DNA from: an uncultured Flavobacteriales bacterium
GTDB taxonomy: Bacteria > Bacteroidota > Bacteroidia > Flavobacteriales > Schleiferiaceae
Length of the DNA stretch: 64,000 bases
Assembly (NCBI GenBank): GCA_913055685.1
Contig: CAJXKC010000001.1
Location: 1,395,734 to 1,459,733 of the forward strand
Reading direction: 5' to 3'
Below are positions 33,096 through 41,371 of the stretch, one piece after another. The notes below the pieces were generated by a model. That model was given only the letters and a program-made list of their open reading frames with translations. It was not told where the DNA came from and ran no database searches. The position numbers and the translations under genes were made by a program. Positions within the stretch are counted from its first letter, which is position 1. The number at the start of each line of letters is the position of its first letter.

Positions 33096-34691
33096 TTACC
33101 GCATGATTAGGCGCTGACTAGAAATGGCTTGACCTTGAAACCAAAGCTCCAAGAAATAAACCCCGCTATTGAAACGATCCAGCACGAATTCTTGATAAAA
33201 ACTCCCTTTTTCATTTGGAGCTTGCCAACCTTCCGTCTTAAGAAGTCCGCCCCGCTCATCATAAATCTTCATTTGATATTCTCCGTTTCCAGCCGCTTGT
33301 TGATACCAAATTCGAAACTTATTGTGACTAGGATTAGGCGCGATTTGCCAACTTATATTCTGAACACTCGCCTCATTAAATAGGCCTCCGATCTGCCCCT
33401 GGTTTCGGACCATATATACAGCAAATATGCTATTGCTAGCGGAACTTTCGACTCCAGTATTGATGAAGAAGATGTTTGGGGCAGTACTTTCTATTCCGCC
33501 GTAAATGTGGCCAAGAAGCACCGTGTCATTAGTCATGCTGTTGAGGTCCAAAATCCCATGAGCATATTCTATGAGGGAGGGATTGGGGAAAAACTCGCTT
33601 CCCGCACCTAATAAGGCCGGCATTTCAGTATTCATTTTAAACTCGCGGTAAACCCCAAGACTGTCTCTCGTTACTTGGGCAATAGTCTTAACAAAGGGGA
33701 CATTATTGTCTTGGGTTAATACTCCGTTTTGGTCGAAGTATTGAGCCATACCTCCAAAGAAGAAGTTATGCATTTCGTTGGCTTGCGCGTCGTAAAGGGC
33801 AACATTAGCGCAGTGGTAATGATTGTAATACTGACTAAAGCCGGCTATTTCAGAAGCGCCGCTTGAATCAATTTGCACTGCACTTAAATAGGGCAGATCA
33901 ACTCCTACTTGAAAAACGCCCGAGTAAGCGATAAGTCCGTAGTCGCCATTAGTTCTTATTTCGGAAAGCACATTGTAGTCCCTTCGGTGCAAGTTTACCG
34001 CATCATTAATGGGGGAATGCCAAGTAATTTGGGGATTACCATTTTGCCAGTTTAGCTGAAAGCGTCGTACTGCATTGGTATAGGTTTGGGTAAAGCTTGG
34101 TCCATTCATGGGATTGTAACGTCCATCAAATCGGTGTCCACCAACTAAGTAAAAGCTCGAGCCCATTTTCTTCAAGTGACCGCCAGTTACCGCAAAGTCA
34201 TTATGAAATACCGTTTGAAAAGCAGATGCTGGCGCCATATCATTATTGTTGAGTGTACTTAATTGAGAGAGGTTTACAACAACAAGATTAGGGTGGGTAA
34301 TATGGTCACCAGCACCTGTAGAATAGCCATATCCACCAATTAGGTAAAGAAGACTATCCTCCTGATAAAATTCCATATTGGTAGATCGTAATTGGTCAAA
34401 TAGGGCAGTGTTTAAACCCTGTAAGCTGATACTTTTAAAACTTTGGTTTTGCGGGTCAACTATGAAAATTTGTTCATTATGACCAGCATTATCGAAGGAA
34501 GCCCAAGGCTGACGACGGTGTAATCCGTCGGTTCGACCACCAATAATGTACCATTCACCATTATAGCTGGCATGGGCAAAGGATTGTAGTCCGGGTAAAT
34601 TCGGAATATTTGTTGGCTGAAGTATTAAATTACTTTGAGCTGCTAAGGGAAGGTAAAGGATTAGCAGTAGGCTGGTAAGGAAGGTTCGCAT
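33096..34691 (-). CDS. Secreted T9SS cargo protein with kelch-like repeats
   Basis: Signal peptide; YIIGG, YLIGG, YLVGG, FFFGG, HIYGG repeats; C-terminal IAPNPS...SGVYFLEL CTD. Confidence 0.8.
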   Translation of the reverse strand: MRTFLTSLLLILYLPLAAQSNLILQPTNIPNLPGLQSFAHASYNGEWYIIGGRTDGLHRRQPWASFDNAGHNEQIFIVDPQNQSFKSISLQGLNTALFDQLRSTNMEFYQEDSLLYLIGGYGYSTGAGDHITHPNLVVVNLSQLSTLNNNDMAPASAFQTVFHNDFAVTGGHLKKMGSSFYLVGGHRFDGRYNPMNGPSFTQTYTNAVRRFQLNWQNGNPQITWHSPINDAVNLHRRDYNVLSEIRTNGDYGLIAYSGVFQVGVDLPYLSAVQIDSSGASEIAGFSQYYNHYHCANVALYDAQANEMHNFFFGGMAQYFDQNGVLTQDNNVPFVKTIAQVTRDSLGVYREFKMNTEMPALLGAGSEFFPNPSLIEYAHGILDLNSMTNDTVLLGHIYGGIESTAPNIFFINTGVESSASNSIFAVYMVRNQGQIGGLFNEASVQNISWQIAPNPSHNKFRIWYQQAAGNGEYQMKIYDERGGLLKTEGWQAPNEKGSFYQEFVLDRFNSGVYFLELWFQGQAISSQRLIMR

Positions 34692-34738
34692 GGCTTAATT
34701 TTTACAATTTTACCGCTACTTTTCCTCTCTGGATATGA

Positions 34739-34746
34739 CAAAAGTT
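34739..34746 (-). promoter_or_regulatory. -7 promoter element for the kelch T9SS gene
   Basis: Minus strand TAACTTTG at the end of the NUDIX gene. Confidence 0.55.
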
Positions 34747-35197
34747 ACTTTGTCTCTATTATTTTTCTAATAACCAATTTATCGATTGGAAGGTCAAAGT
34801 CAGACTCTTTGAGCGCAGTTATTTTTTGCCAGATTAGCTCTTGGTCGCCATGCTTTTTTAGTTCTGGGCTTTTAGCTCTTTTTAAAAGCGGACTTAGGTC
34901 TTTACAGCTTACCTTATAGTAAATACTCATCACCTGCATCTTACTGGAGAATGCAGAGGGAACAAAGTTCTCGGTAGTGTAAAAATGATCGCCAACTTGA
35001 ATATCAAGGTCACATTCCTCCTGAAACTCACGCTTTAGGCAGTCGATGGTACCCTCACCAAATTCTAAACCTCCTCCCGGAAACTTGAGGTATACATTAC
35101 CGTAAATATTCTCTTTCGATAAAAGGAGATGATCATCCTTAAAAAGAAGTCCATACACACGAATGGTGAAGGCCTCAATATTGCCACCTTTGGTCAT
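34745..35197 (-). CDS. NUDIX hydrolase
   Basis: Nudix box GGGLEFGEGTIDCLKREFQEEC. Confidence 0.92.
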   Translation of the reverse strand: MTKGGNIEAFTIRVYGLLFKDDHLLLSKENIYGNVYLKFPGGGLEFGEGTIDCLKREFQEECDLDIQVGDHFYTTENFVPSAFSSKMQVMSIYYKVSCKDLSPLLKRAKSPELKKHGDQELIWQKITALKESDFDLPIDKLVIRKIIETK

Positions 35198-35201
35198 ATC
35201 T

Positions 35202-35209
35202 CAAAAGTA
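35202..35209 (-). promoter_or_regulatory. -7 promoter element 4 nt upstream of the NUDIX ATG (leaderless candidate)
   Basis: Minus strand TACTTTTG-AGAT-ATG. Confidence 0.6.
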
Positions 35210-35234
35210 CAAATCCTATTTGAAGCAAGGTGGA

Positions 35235-35903
35235 CTAAGCCTTAAAGGCTCTTACCATTTCGCGTTTTCCTGGTGGGCCTGGGATTTTTGTTACCGAGAA
35301 ACCAGCAGCAGCCATAGCCCGACGTACCGCGCCCATAACACAGTAGGTAACCAAGATGCCTCCAGGTTTTAAGACGTAGTGCATTTTTTTAAAAACATCT
35401 TCCGTCCATAAATCGCTTTGTGCGCCCGGGGAGAAGGCGTCAAAATAAATAAGGTCAAAATTATCGACGTTAGCTTGAAAATTGTGAAGGTCTACTTGCT
35501 CTTTGAATAAAGTAAAGCGGGGACTAATATTTACAAGCTCATTCCATTTTGCTTGGTGGATCGACTTAAAAGCTTCAGGTGCATTAGGGTGTTCACCCAA
35601 AAAAGAGGCAGGGTCCATGCCGGCCCATTCGGTATCTTCCAAGGGGTACTTTTCAATACCGTGGTAATAGATAGTACTCTCGCTTGGACCTTCTAAATAA
35701 GTTAACAAAGCATTTAACCCCGTCCCTAAGCCTATTTCTAAAATGCTAATAGAGGGATTGGTTTTTAAAGCGGCGAGCCCGGCCTCTAAAAAGACATGGC
35801 GCGACTCTTGAACCGCGCCATGATGAGAATGGTAATGCTGCTTTAGCTCAGGAACCCAGAGGGTCTGACTATTATCTTTGGTACGTACCCACTCGCGTTT
35901 CAT
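35235..35903 (-). CDS. mnmD: tRNA (mnm5s2U34)-methyltransferase, stand-alone MnmC methyltransferase domain
   Basis: HYHSHHGAVQESRHVF, ILEIGLGTGLN, DLIYFDAFSP, PGPPGKREM. Confidence 0.92.
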   Translation of the reverse strand: MKREWVRTKDNSQTLWVPELKQHYHSHHGAVQESRHVFLEAGLAALKTNPSISILEIGLGTGLNALLTYLEGPSESTIYYHGIEKYPLEDTEWAGMDPASFLGEHPNAPEAFKSIHQAKWNELVNISPRFTLFKEQVDLHNFQANVDNFDLIYFDAFSPGAQSDLWTEDVFKKMHYVLKPGGILVTYCVMGAVRRAMAAAGFSVTKIPGPPGKREMVRAFKA

Positions 35904-36391
35904 GACTCACCCGGAGCAGGAATGCGCATTTTTTTAATTTTTGGCAGAGGGCCTTGACAGTAAATGGTATGGCAGCTTGCACAAGTATTTACCATCCCAT
36001 TGTAAGCCTTAATACCTTCCTCTTTGGTCTTGGCGGCAGTAATCGCCTCTAAATTGGCGGTGTACTGTTCTGCAAGAGCATAGAAAGTTTCATTGAGGTT
36101 CTCATTGGATTGGGCACTGTGTATTTTTACAAAGTCTTCAGGAAAGGACTTGGGTATCTCACCCTCCATTATTCCTTTACGGATTTCCAGATTTTCCTCA
36201 TACATCGAACGCATAAGCAAGGCAAGCTCGCTAGCTTCTTTCATTTTAAGCGTTTTCTCTTCTTTTGGCTCCTCTTTGAGCTCGGTTTGTGCTTTCGCCT
36301 CCTCGGCCATGACTTCCGAGTTTTGCTGACAAGACACAAAAAAGGATGTCCCAATGAGACATCCTCCAATAATTATTTTGCTAAGCTTCAT
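35900..36391 (-). CDS. Lipoprotein with C-terminal CxxCH haem-c motif (cytochrome c-prime-like, putative)
   Basis: Lipobox-like FFVSC; helical body; TCASCH at 35969-35983. Confidence 0.65.
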   Translation of the reverse strand: MKLSKIIIGGCLIGTSFFVSCQQNSEVMAEEAKAQTELKEEPKEEKTLKMKEASELALLMRSMYEENLEIRKGIMEGEIPKSFPEDFVKIHSAQSNENLNETFYALAEQYTANLEAITAAKTKEEGIKAYNGMVNTCASCHTIYCQGPLPKIKKMRIPAPGES

Positions 36392-36393
36392 AA

Positions 36394-36918
36394 TTAGCTT
36401 TTAATAATCACGCCGTCAGCGGTAAAGTTTACGCTCACCTCTGGCTCTGTAATTGCATCAATTTCCTCTTGACTTTTACCAGCGTCTTCTGCTAGGTGCT
36501 TAAGGAATTGAACGTCTAGGGTATCTACATAAGCGATGCCTTCTACAATGGCACTTTCTCCGCCTAAGTTGGTAGGTACAAAGAATCCATAGTCACGGAA
36601 ACTCACACGCATTTCTTCGCCATTACCCATATCCATCTTCATCCAACAACCTTTTTTCTGACAAGAGGAGTTAACTACACCACTTAATTTCACTTTCACG
36701 GAATCTTTACCCTCCATTAAAGCTAATAAATTGCTGATTTCAACTACTTCATCTTCATTAATTGTGTCTCCAAAGTAGTGGTTTTCAAGGCTTTCAGCAG
36801 AAGCTTCCACCGCGGTTGAATCTGATTGACCTTCCGCTTTTTCGGCGCCGTCGTTTGTATTACTTTTGCAAGCGCTAACTAGTAGCACGGCAGATAGCCA
36901 AAGTGCGATTTTTTTCAT
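36394..36918 (-). CDS. DUF4920 domain lipoprotein
   Basis: Lipobox LLVSAC; CQKKGCWM, FRDYGFFVP, HLAEDAGKS. Confidence 0.85.
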   Translation of the reverse strand: MKKIALWLSAVLLVSACKSNTNDGAEKAEGQSDSTAVEASAESLENHYFGDTINEDEVVEISNLLALMEGKDSVKVKLSGVVNSSCQKKGCWMKMDMGNGEEMRVSFRDYGFFVPTNLGGESAIVEGIAYVDTLDVQFLKHLAEDAGKSQEEIDAITEPEVSVNFTADGVIIKS

Positions 36919-36939
36919 CGTAATTTCTGTTTTGAGTTA

Positions 36940-36947
36940 CAAAGATA
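36940..36947 (-). promoter_or_regulatory. -7 promoter element for the DUF4920-CxxCH-mnmD unit
   Basis: Minus strand TATCTTTG. Confidence 0.65.
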
Positions 36948-37005
36948 GCATTCTCTCAAAAGCGCTAAACAAGGAGTCTTAAGAGACCCTTAAAATTGAT
37001 AAAAG

Positions 37006-38052
37006 ATGAAGATTACCAAAACAAGCCAGTCGCGAATTTCTGAAGTGGATTTTTCCAATCTTCCTTTCGGTAATACCTTCAGCGACCACATGTTGATTTC
37101 GGAATTTAGCAATGGCCAATGGTCTGAGCCCGAAATTAAACCATATGGCCCGTTAAGCTTCACCCCAGCCTTACATACCTTGCACTATGGTCAGGCTATC
37201 TTCGAAGGCCAGAAGGCTTATTACCGCGAGGATGGTTCTATTGGTATTTTTCGTCCGGAGGCCAATGCAAAGCGATTAAATCATTCTGCTCGTCGCATGT
37301 TTATGCCCGAGTTTCCAGAGGAATTATTCATGGAAGGTATTAGAGCTTTGGTAGACATCGATCGCGAATGGGTACCAAAGGCACCTGATCATTCTTTGTA
37401 CTTACGCCCATTTATGTTCGGTAGTTCCGAATTTGTTGCGGCTCGTCCTTCTGAGAAATACATATTCTGTATAATTACTTCTCCAGTTGGTCCATACTAC
37501 GCCGGTAATGTGAAGGTGAAAGTAGAAGAAACTTACACCCGAAGTGCTAGTGGTGGTGTAGGCTCTACCAAATGTGCCGGTAATTATGGTGGGGCATTTT
37601 TTGCTACCGACCAAGCGCGTAAAGAGGGATACACTCAAGTTATTTGGACCGATCATAAAGATCATCAATTAGTAGAAGAGTCAGGTACGATGAACATCGC
37701 TTTTATTATTGATGATACTTTCATTACCCCTCCTTTAAGTGATCGTATTTTAGGTGGTATTACCCGCGATAGCATTTTAACCATGTTAAGAGACCGCGAT
37801 TACTTAAAAGTAGAAGAGCGCCCGGTGCAGGTGGAGGAAGTAATCAATGCCGCCAAAGAAGGTCTTCTGCAGGAGGCATTTGGTATGGGAACCGCAGCAG
37901 TAATTAGTCCGATTTCAACTATTGGTTTCAGAGGAACTGATTATGAGGTAGGAACCCCTGCTGATGGTTATGCCATGCGCATCAAAAAGGAGCTTACTGA
38001 ATTGCGCAGTGGTGCTGCAGAGGATCCTTATGGATGGATGGTGCAGCTTTAA
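37006..38052 (+). CDS. ilvE: Branched-chain amino acid aminotransferase
   Basis: LHYGQAIFEGQKAY, LYLRPF, KCAGNY, EESGTMN, ILGGITRDS, GTAAVISP. Confidence 0.96.
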   Translation: MKITKTSQSRISEVDFSNLPFGNTFSDHMLISEFSNGQWSEPEIKPYGPLSFTPALHTLHYGQAIFEGQKAYYREDGSIGIFRPEANAKRLNHSARRMFMPEFPEELFMEGIRALVDIDREWVPKAPDHSLYLRPFMFGSSEFVAARPSEKYIFCIITSPVGPYYAGNVKVKVEETYTRSASGGVGSTKCAGNYGGAFFATDQARKEGYTQVIWTDHKDHQLVEESGTMNIAFIIDDTFITPPLSDRILGGITRDSILTMLRDRDYLKVEERPVQVEEVINAAKEGLLQEAFGMGTAAVISPISTIGFRGTDYEVGTPADGYAMRIKKELTELRSGAAEDPYGWMVQL

Positions 38053-38073
38053 TATAGCCTAGATATAGAACAC

Positions 38074-38103
38074 AAAAAAGGCTTCCCTAGGGAGGCCTTT
38101 TTT
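38074..38103. terminator. Bidirectional intrinsic terminator after ilvE
   Basis: AAAAAAGGCTTCC-CTAG-GGAGGCCTTTTTT. Confidence 0.9.
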
Positions 38104-38366
38104 ATGAAACTATCGTGAACAAATGCGGCCGTTAAATGTGCTTTGCAGTCTAGGGTGTATAATCAACCTTCGTAGCCCCATTCTTAGCTTTAGCGGACCT
38201 GCTCTCAGTGAGCCCTTTATGAGATTTTCGGTGTTTTTTGAACTAGCCGTGGTTTATTTTCAGGGAATCCTGCGTTCCCTTTATGATGCCAAATCCAAGC
38301 ATAAGTGGCGTCTTATATAGGTCGATTTACAGACAAATTAATATTTTCTTTGGCATGGCGTTAAGG

Positions 38367-39815
38367 CTAACGAGCTCTAAGTTGATAATAGGCCCTCTGA
38401 CCTTCGTCGTTCAATAATTCCAAGTGATAGAGTCCCGAGCCTATATGATCCAGGGCTAAAACATGGGGCTTGTTTTTTGATGCATTAAAAGAACCACTGT
38501 CTACTTTTTGTCCTGAGTATGCGTAAAGTGACCATTGGTAACTACCGCTGCAGTCTGGACCTGCAGAGATGAATAGATTACTTTCAAAAGGGTTGGGATA
38601 TACCACCAACTTAAATCTAGAATGGACTTGCTCTGCAGACAGGTAGCGCTGATGCTCCACCGCGCCGATATCAATATTGAGACCTTGGATTCGTGGTTGT
38701 CCGTAAAAGTCAACAGAGTCCAAACTTAAAGTGGTGGCATTTGCATAACCAACATCAACCGCAGGAGAGCTTCCGTAGAGACGGTAATTGCCATTAGGGC
38801 CATCTATAAAGTCGGGGTCAACATTCTTAATATTACCGGCTACAAGGTCTAGTCTATTATCGTATTCAATGGAAGTGGTAAGGCAATTCTCCATTCGTAT
38901 ACTAATACTTGCGCGAGGATCAAAATTCAAAGTGTTATTCGCGAATATGCAGTTGATGAAATCAGCGCTGCGAACACCAAACATCCGCATCCCCACTGCA
39001 TTATGTGCAATAGTATTGTTAAACGCCCTAAGCCTTACTAGTATTAAACCACCATTGTCTTTAAAGTAAATCCCATTGCTGCCAAGGTGGTGGATAAGAC
39101 TGTTCACTAGAAGAACATCTGAATTTTCGGCCCAAAGTCCCGCCCTTACTAATGATCCACTAGGATTACTTGCAGCCTTAATCTCACATTTTCTGACCTC
39201 GGCTTCCGTTCGATTCAAGGAAATTCCCGAACCGCCAAAATCTGATATGGTGCAATTTTCAATGTTTAGATTGTTACTTCTCTTTGCATATATCCCGCCA
39301 GTGTAGCATGCGGAAAAATTACTGTTTGCAACCAGACCTTCGCTTTCATAGAAGCCGAGCACAGCTGCGAAATCTTCGTATTGGGCAAACTGAACATTTT
39401 TTAAACCATTGCCATAAAAAAAGTTGCAATGCTTTATGATGGAGCGACGAGGAGATTTGCTGGCTATAATAACTCCACCCCAATAACCGGTGGTATCCTC
39501 CCGGGTGAAAATTATAGGTTCCGTTTCTGAGCCAATCGCCTTAAGGATACCATGCACTTCCATCATTCCTAGACCAGAGCCATAGAAATAGCTAAAGAGG
39601 TAATTCAAACTCGGGCTAGGTATCGCCGCAAAATGAAGCTCTACTCCGGGTTCCAAAATTAAAGTTTGACTGCTGCCTATAGATACTTTGCCCTGAATTA
39701 TATAGGGAGAATTGGCCTTGGTCCAGGTTCCTGAAACGGTGGTATCGTGGGGTATGATGGTTTGTGCCGGTAGCACAATCGAGAAAAGCGAAAAAAGTAT
39801 TAGGAAACGAAGCAT
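38367..39815 (-). CDS. Secreted T9SS cargo: right-handed beta-helix repeats plus choice-of-anchor-Q-like segment
   Basis: Signal peptide; WTKANSPYII, DTTGYWGGV; beta-helix repeats; SSPAVDVG...PRIQGLNIDIGAVE; VYPNPF...SGLYHLEL CTD. Confidence 0.8.
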   Translation of the reverse strand: MLRFLILFSLFSIVLPAQTIIPHDTTVSGTWTKANSPYIIQGKVSIGSSQTLILEPGVELHFAAIPSPSLNYLFSYFYGSGLGMMEVHGILKAIGSETEPIIFTREDTTGYWGGVIIASKSPRRSIIKHCNFFYGNGLKNVQFAQYEDFAAVLGFYESEGLVANSNFSACYTGGIYAKRSNNLNIENCTISDFGGSGISLNRTEAEVRKCEIKAASNPSGSLVRAGLWAENSDVLLVNSLIHHLGSNGIYFKDNGGLILVRLRAFNNTIAHNAVGMRMFGVRSADFINCIFANNTLNFDPRASISIRMENCLTTSIEYDNRLDLVAGNIKNVDPDFIDGPNGNYRLYGSSPAVDVGYANATTLSLDSVDFYGQPRIQGLNIDIGAVEHQRYLSAEQVHSRFKLVVYPNPFESNLFISAGPDCSGSYQWSLYAYSGQKVDSGSFNASKNKPHVLALDHIGSGLYHLELLNDEGQRAYYQLRAR

Positions 39816-39820
39816 TGCGC

Positions 39821-39853
39821 AAAATAAACAAAGGCTCCTTTATTAGGAGCCTT
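39821..39853 (-). terminator. Intrinsic terminator after metK
   Basis: Minus strand AAGGCTCCT-AATAA-AGGAGCCTT then TGTTTATTTT. Confidence 0.75.
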
Positions 39854-39878
39854 CAAAGTAAATTTTAAAATAATTCGC

Positions 39879-41171
39879 CTATAAACCGAACGTGGCTTTC
39901 ACATCGTTTACCCGATCGAGTTTCTCCCAGGTAAATAGTTCTACTTCAATTTCTTTGGTTTCAGTGCCCACTCCATCAGGTCGTGAGAAGCTCACCTTCT
40001 TCACTTCATTGGTGCGACCCATATGACCATAGGCTGCAGAGCTAGAATAGATAGGATTACGCAACTTTAGGTTCTTCTCAATCAAACCTGGGCGCAGGTC
40101 AAATAATTCCATAACCTTGGCCGCAATCTGACCGTCATTTAAATCAACTTTGGCGGAGCCATAAGTGTCTACAAATACCCCCATCGGTTCAACTACACCA
40201 ATAGCATAAGATACTTGAACCAAGATTTGATCGGCAACTCCCGCTGCAACTAAGTTCTTTGCAATATGACGAGCGGCATAAGCTGCAGAACGGTCTACTT
40301 TACTAGGATCTTTACCGCTAAAGGCACCACCACCGTGAGCACCTTTACCTCCATAGGTATCCACAATGATTTTACGTCCGGTTAATCCCGCGTCCCCATG
40401 TGGACCACCAATTACAAATTTCCCGGTTGGATTAATGTGGTATTTGATATTATCGCCAAACAAGGCTTGTAGCTCTGGACTAAGTTGCGCCTTAACCTTT
40501 GGGATGAGAATATTGATAATGTCTTCCCGAATTTTTGCCAGCATTTGTTCATCAGCTTCAGCCTGAGCTAAACCGCCTTCTGCCTTGATAAAATCGTCGT
40601 GCTGGGTAGAAACCACTATCGCATCGATACGTTGTGGCTTATGGTCGTCATCATACTCAATGGTAACCTGGGCCTTTGCATCCGGACGTAAGTAACCAAT
40701 TTCAGAGCCATCGCGTCTAAGATCCGCTAAGGTTTGAAGAATCTTATGGCTAAGGTCTAAAGCCAAGGGCATGTAATTATCGGTTTCATTGGTAGCGTAA
40801 CCAAACATCATACCTTGGTCGCCAGCGCCTTGCTCTTCAATATTACCACGATCTACACCTTGGTTAATATCTTGGCTTTGCTCATGAATAGCGGAAAGAA
40901 TACCACAAGAGTTCCCTTCAAACATATATTCGCTCTTAGTGTAACCAATTTTGTTAATCACGTTACGAGCAATTTGCTGAAGATCTAAATAGGTTTCAGA
41001 TTTCACTTCTCCCGCTAAAACAACCTGCCCGGTTGTAACCAGCGTTTCGCAGGCCACTTTCGAGTTTGGGTCAAATGCTAAAAAGTGATCGAGAATAGCA
41101 TCCGAAATTTGATCGGCGATCTTATCGGGATGTCCTTCGGAAACGGACTCAGAGGTAAATAGGTAAGACAT
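39879..41171 (-). CDS. metK: S-adenosylmethionine synthetase
   Basis: Start moved to ATG 41171 ([17 protein letters not shown]); [35 protein letters not shown]. Confidence 0.99.
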   Translation of the reverse strand: MSYLFTSESVSEGHPDKIADQISDAILDHFLAFDPNSKVACETLVTTGQVVLAGEVKSETYLDLQQIARNVINKIGYTKSEYMFEGNSCGILSAIHEQSQDINQGVDRGNIEEQGAGDQGMMFGYATNETDNYMPLALDLSHKILQTLADLRRDGSEIGYLRPDAKAQVTIEYDDDHKPQRIDAIVVSTQHDDFIKAEGGLAQAEADEQMLAKIREDIINILIPKVKAQLSPELQALFGDNIKYHINPTGKFVIGGPHGDAGLTGRKIIVDTYGGKGAHGGGAFSGKDPSKVDRSAAYAARHIAKNLVAAGVADQILVQVSYAIGVVEPMGVFVDTYGSAKVDLNDGQIAAKVMELFDLRPGLIEKNLKLRNPIYSSSAAYGHMGRTNEVKKVSFSRPDGVGTETKEIEVELFTWEKLDRVNDVKATFGL

Positions 41172-41228
41172 AGCTTCTTTGAGTTTAAAATTGCAGAGGG
41201 GAGAGGCTAATTGCTTACCGAGAAACAC

Positions 41229-41279
41229 TGGTTTAGCATTTTTTAGGGTGGTTGCAATCAGCCAAATTTTTCCACTCAG
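41229..41279 (-). promoter_or_regulatory. SAM-II class riboswitch (Bacteroidota long-loop-like variant) upstream of metK
   Basis: Minus strand: P1 GAGUGG/CCACCC (one mismatch), loop with UUUGGC and UUGCAA, then AAAUGCUAAA able to close the pseudoknot with UUUGGC; directly behind a promoter and upstream of metK. Confidence 0.8.
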
Positions 41280-41283
41280 GCGG

Positions 41284-41291
41284 CAAATGTA
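41284..41291 (-). promoter_or_regulatory. -7 promoter element for metK
   Basis: Minus strand TACATTTG ending just 5-prime of the aptamer. Confidence 0.75.
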
Positions 41292-41371
41292 GAAAATTTT
41301 CCACGTGTGAAATAGGGCTTTGATTTTTTATTGGCATTGACTTTGTATTCACTTAAAGAAACAGCCTCGCT

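Noticed and set aside
38123-38320. 65-aa plus-strand ORF after the ilvE terminator
   Set aside because: No promoter octamer, no recognisable motif, atypical composition; the region is kept only as an unexplained spacer
41172-41228. 19-aa N-terminal extension of MetK, or a leader peptide
   Set aside because: It runs through the riboswitch expression platform; conserved MetK begins MSYLFTSES at 41171
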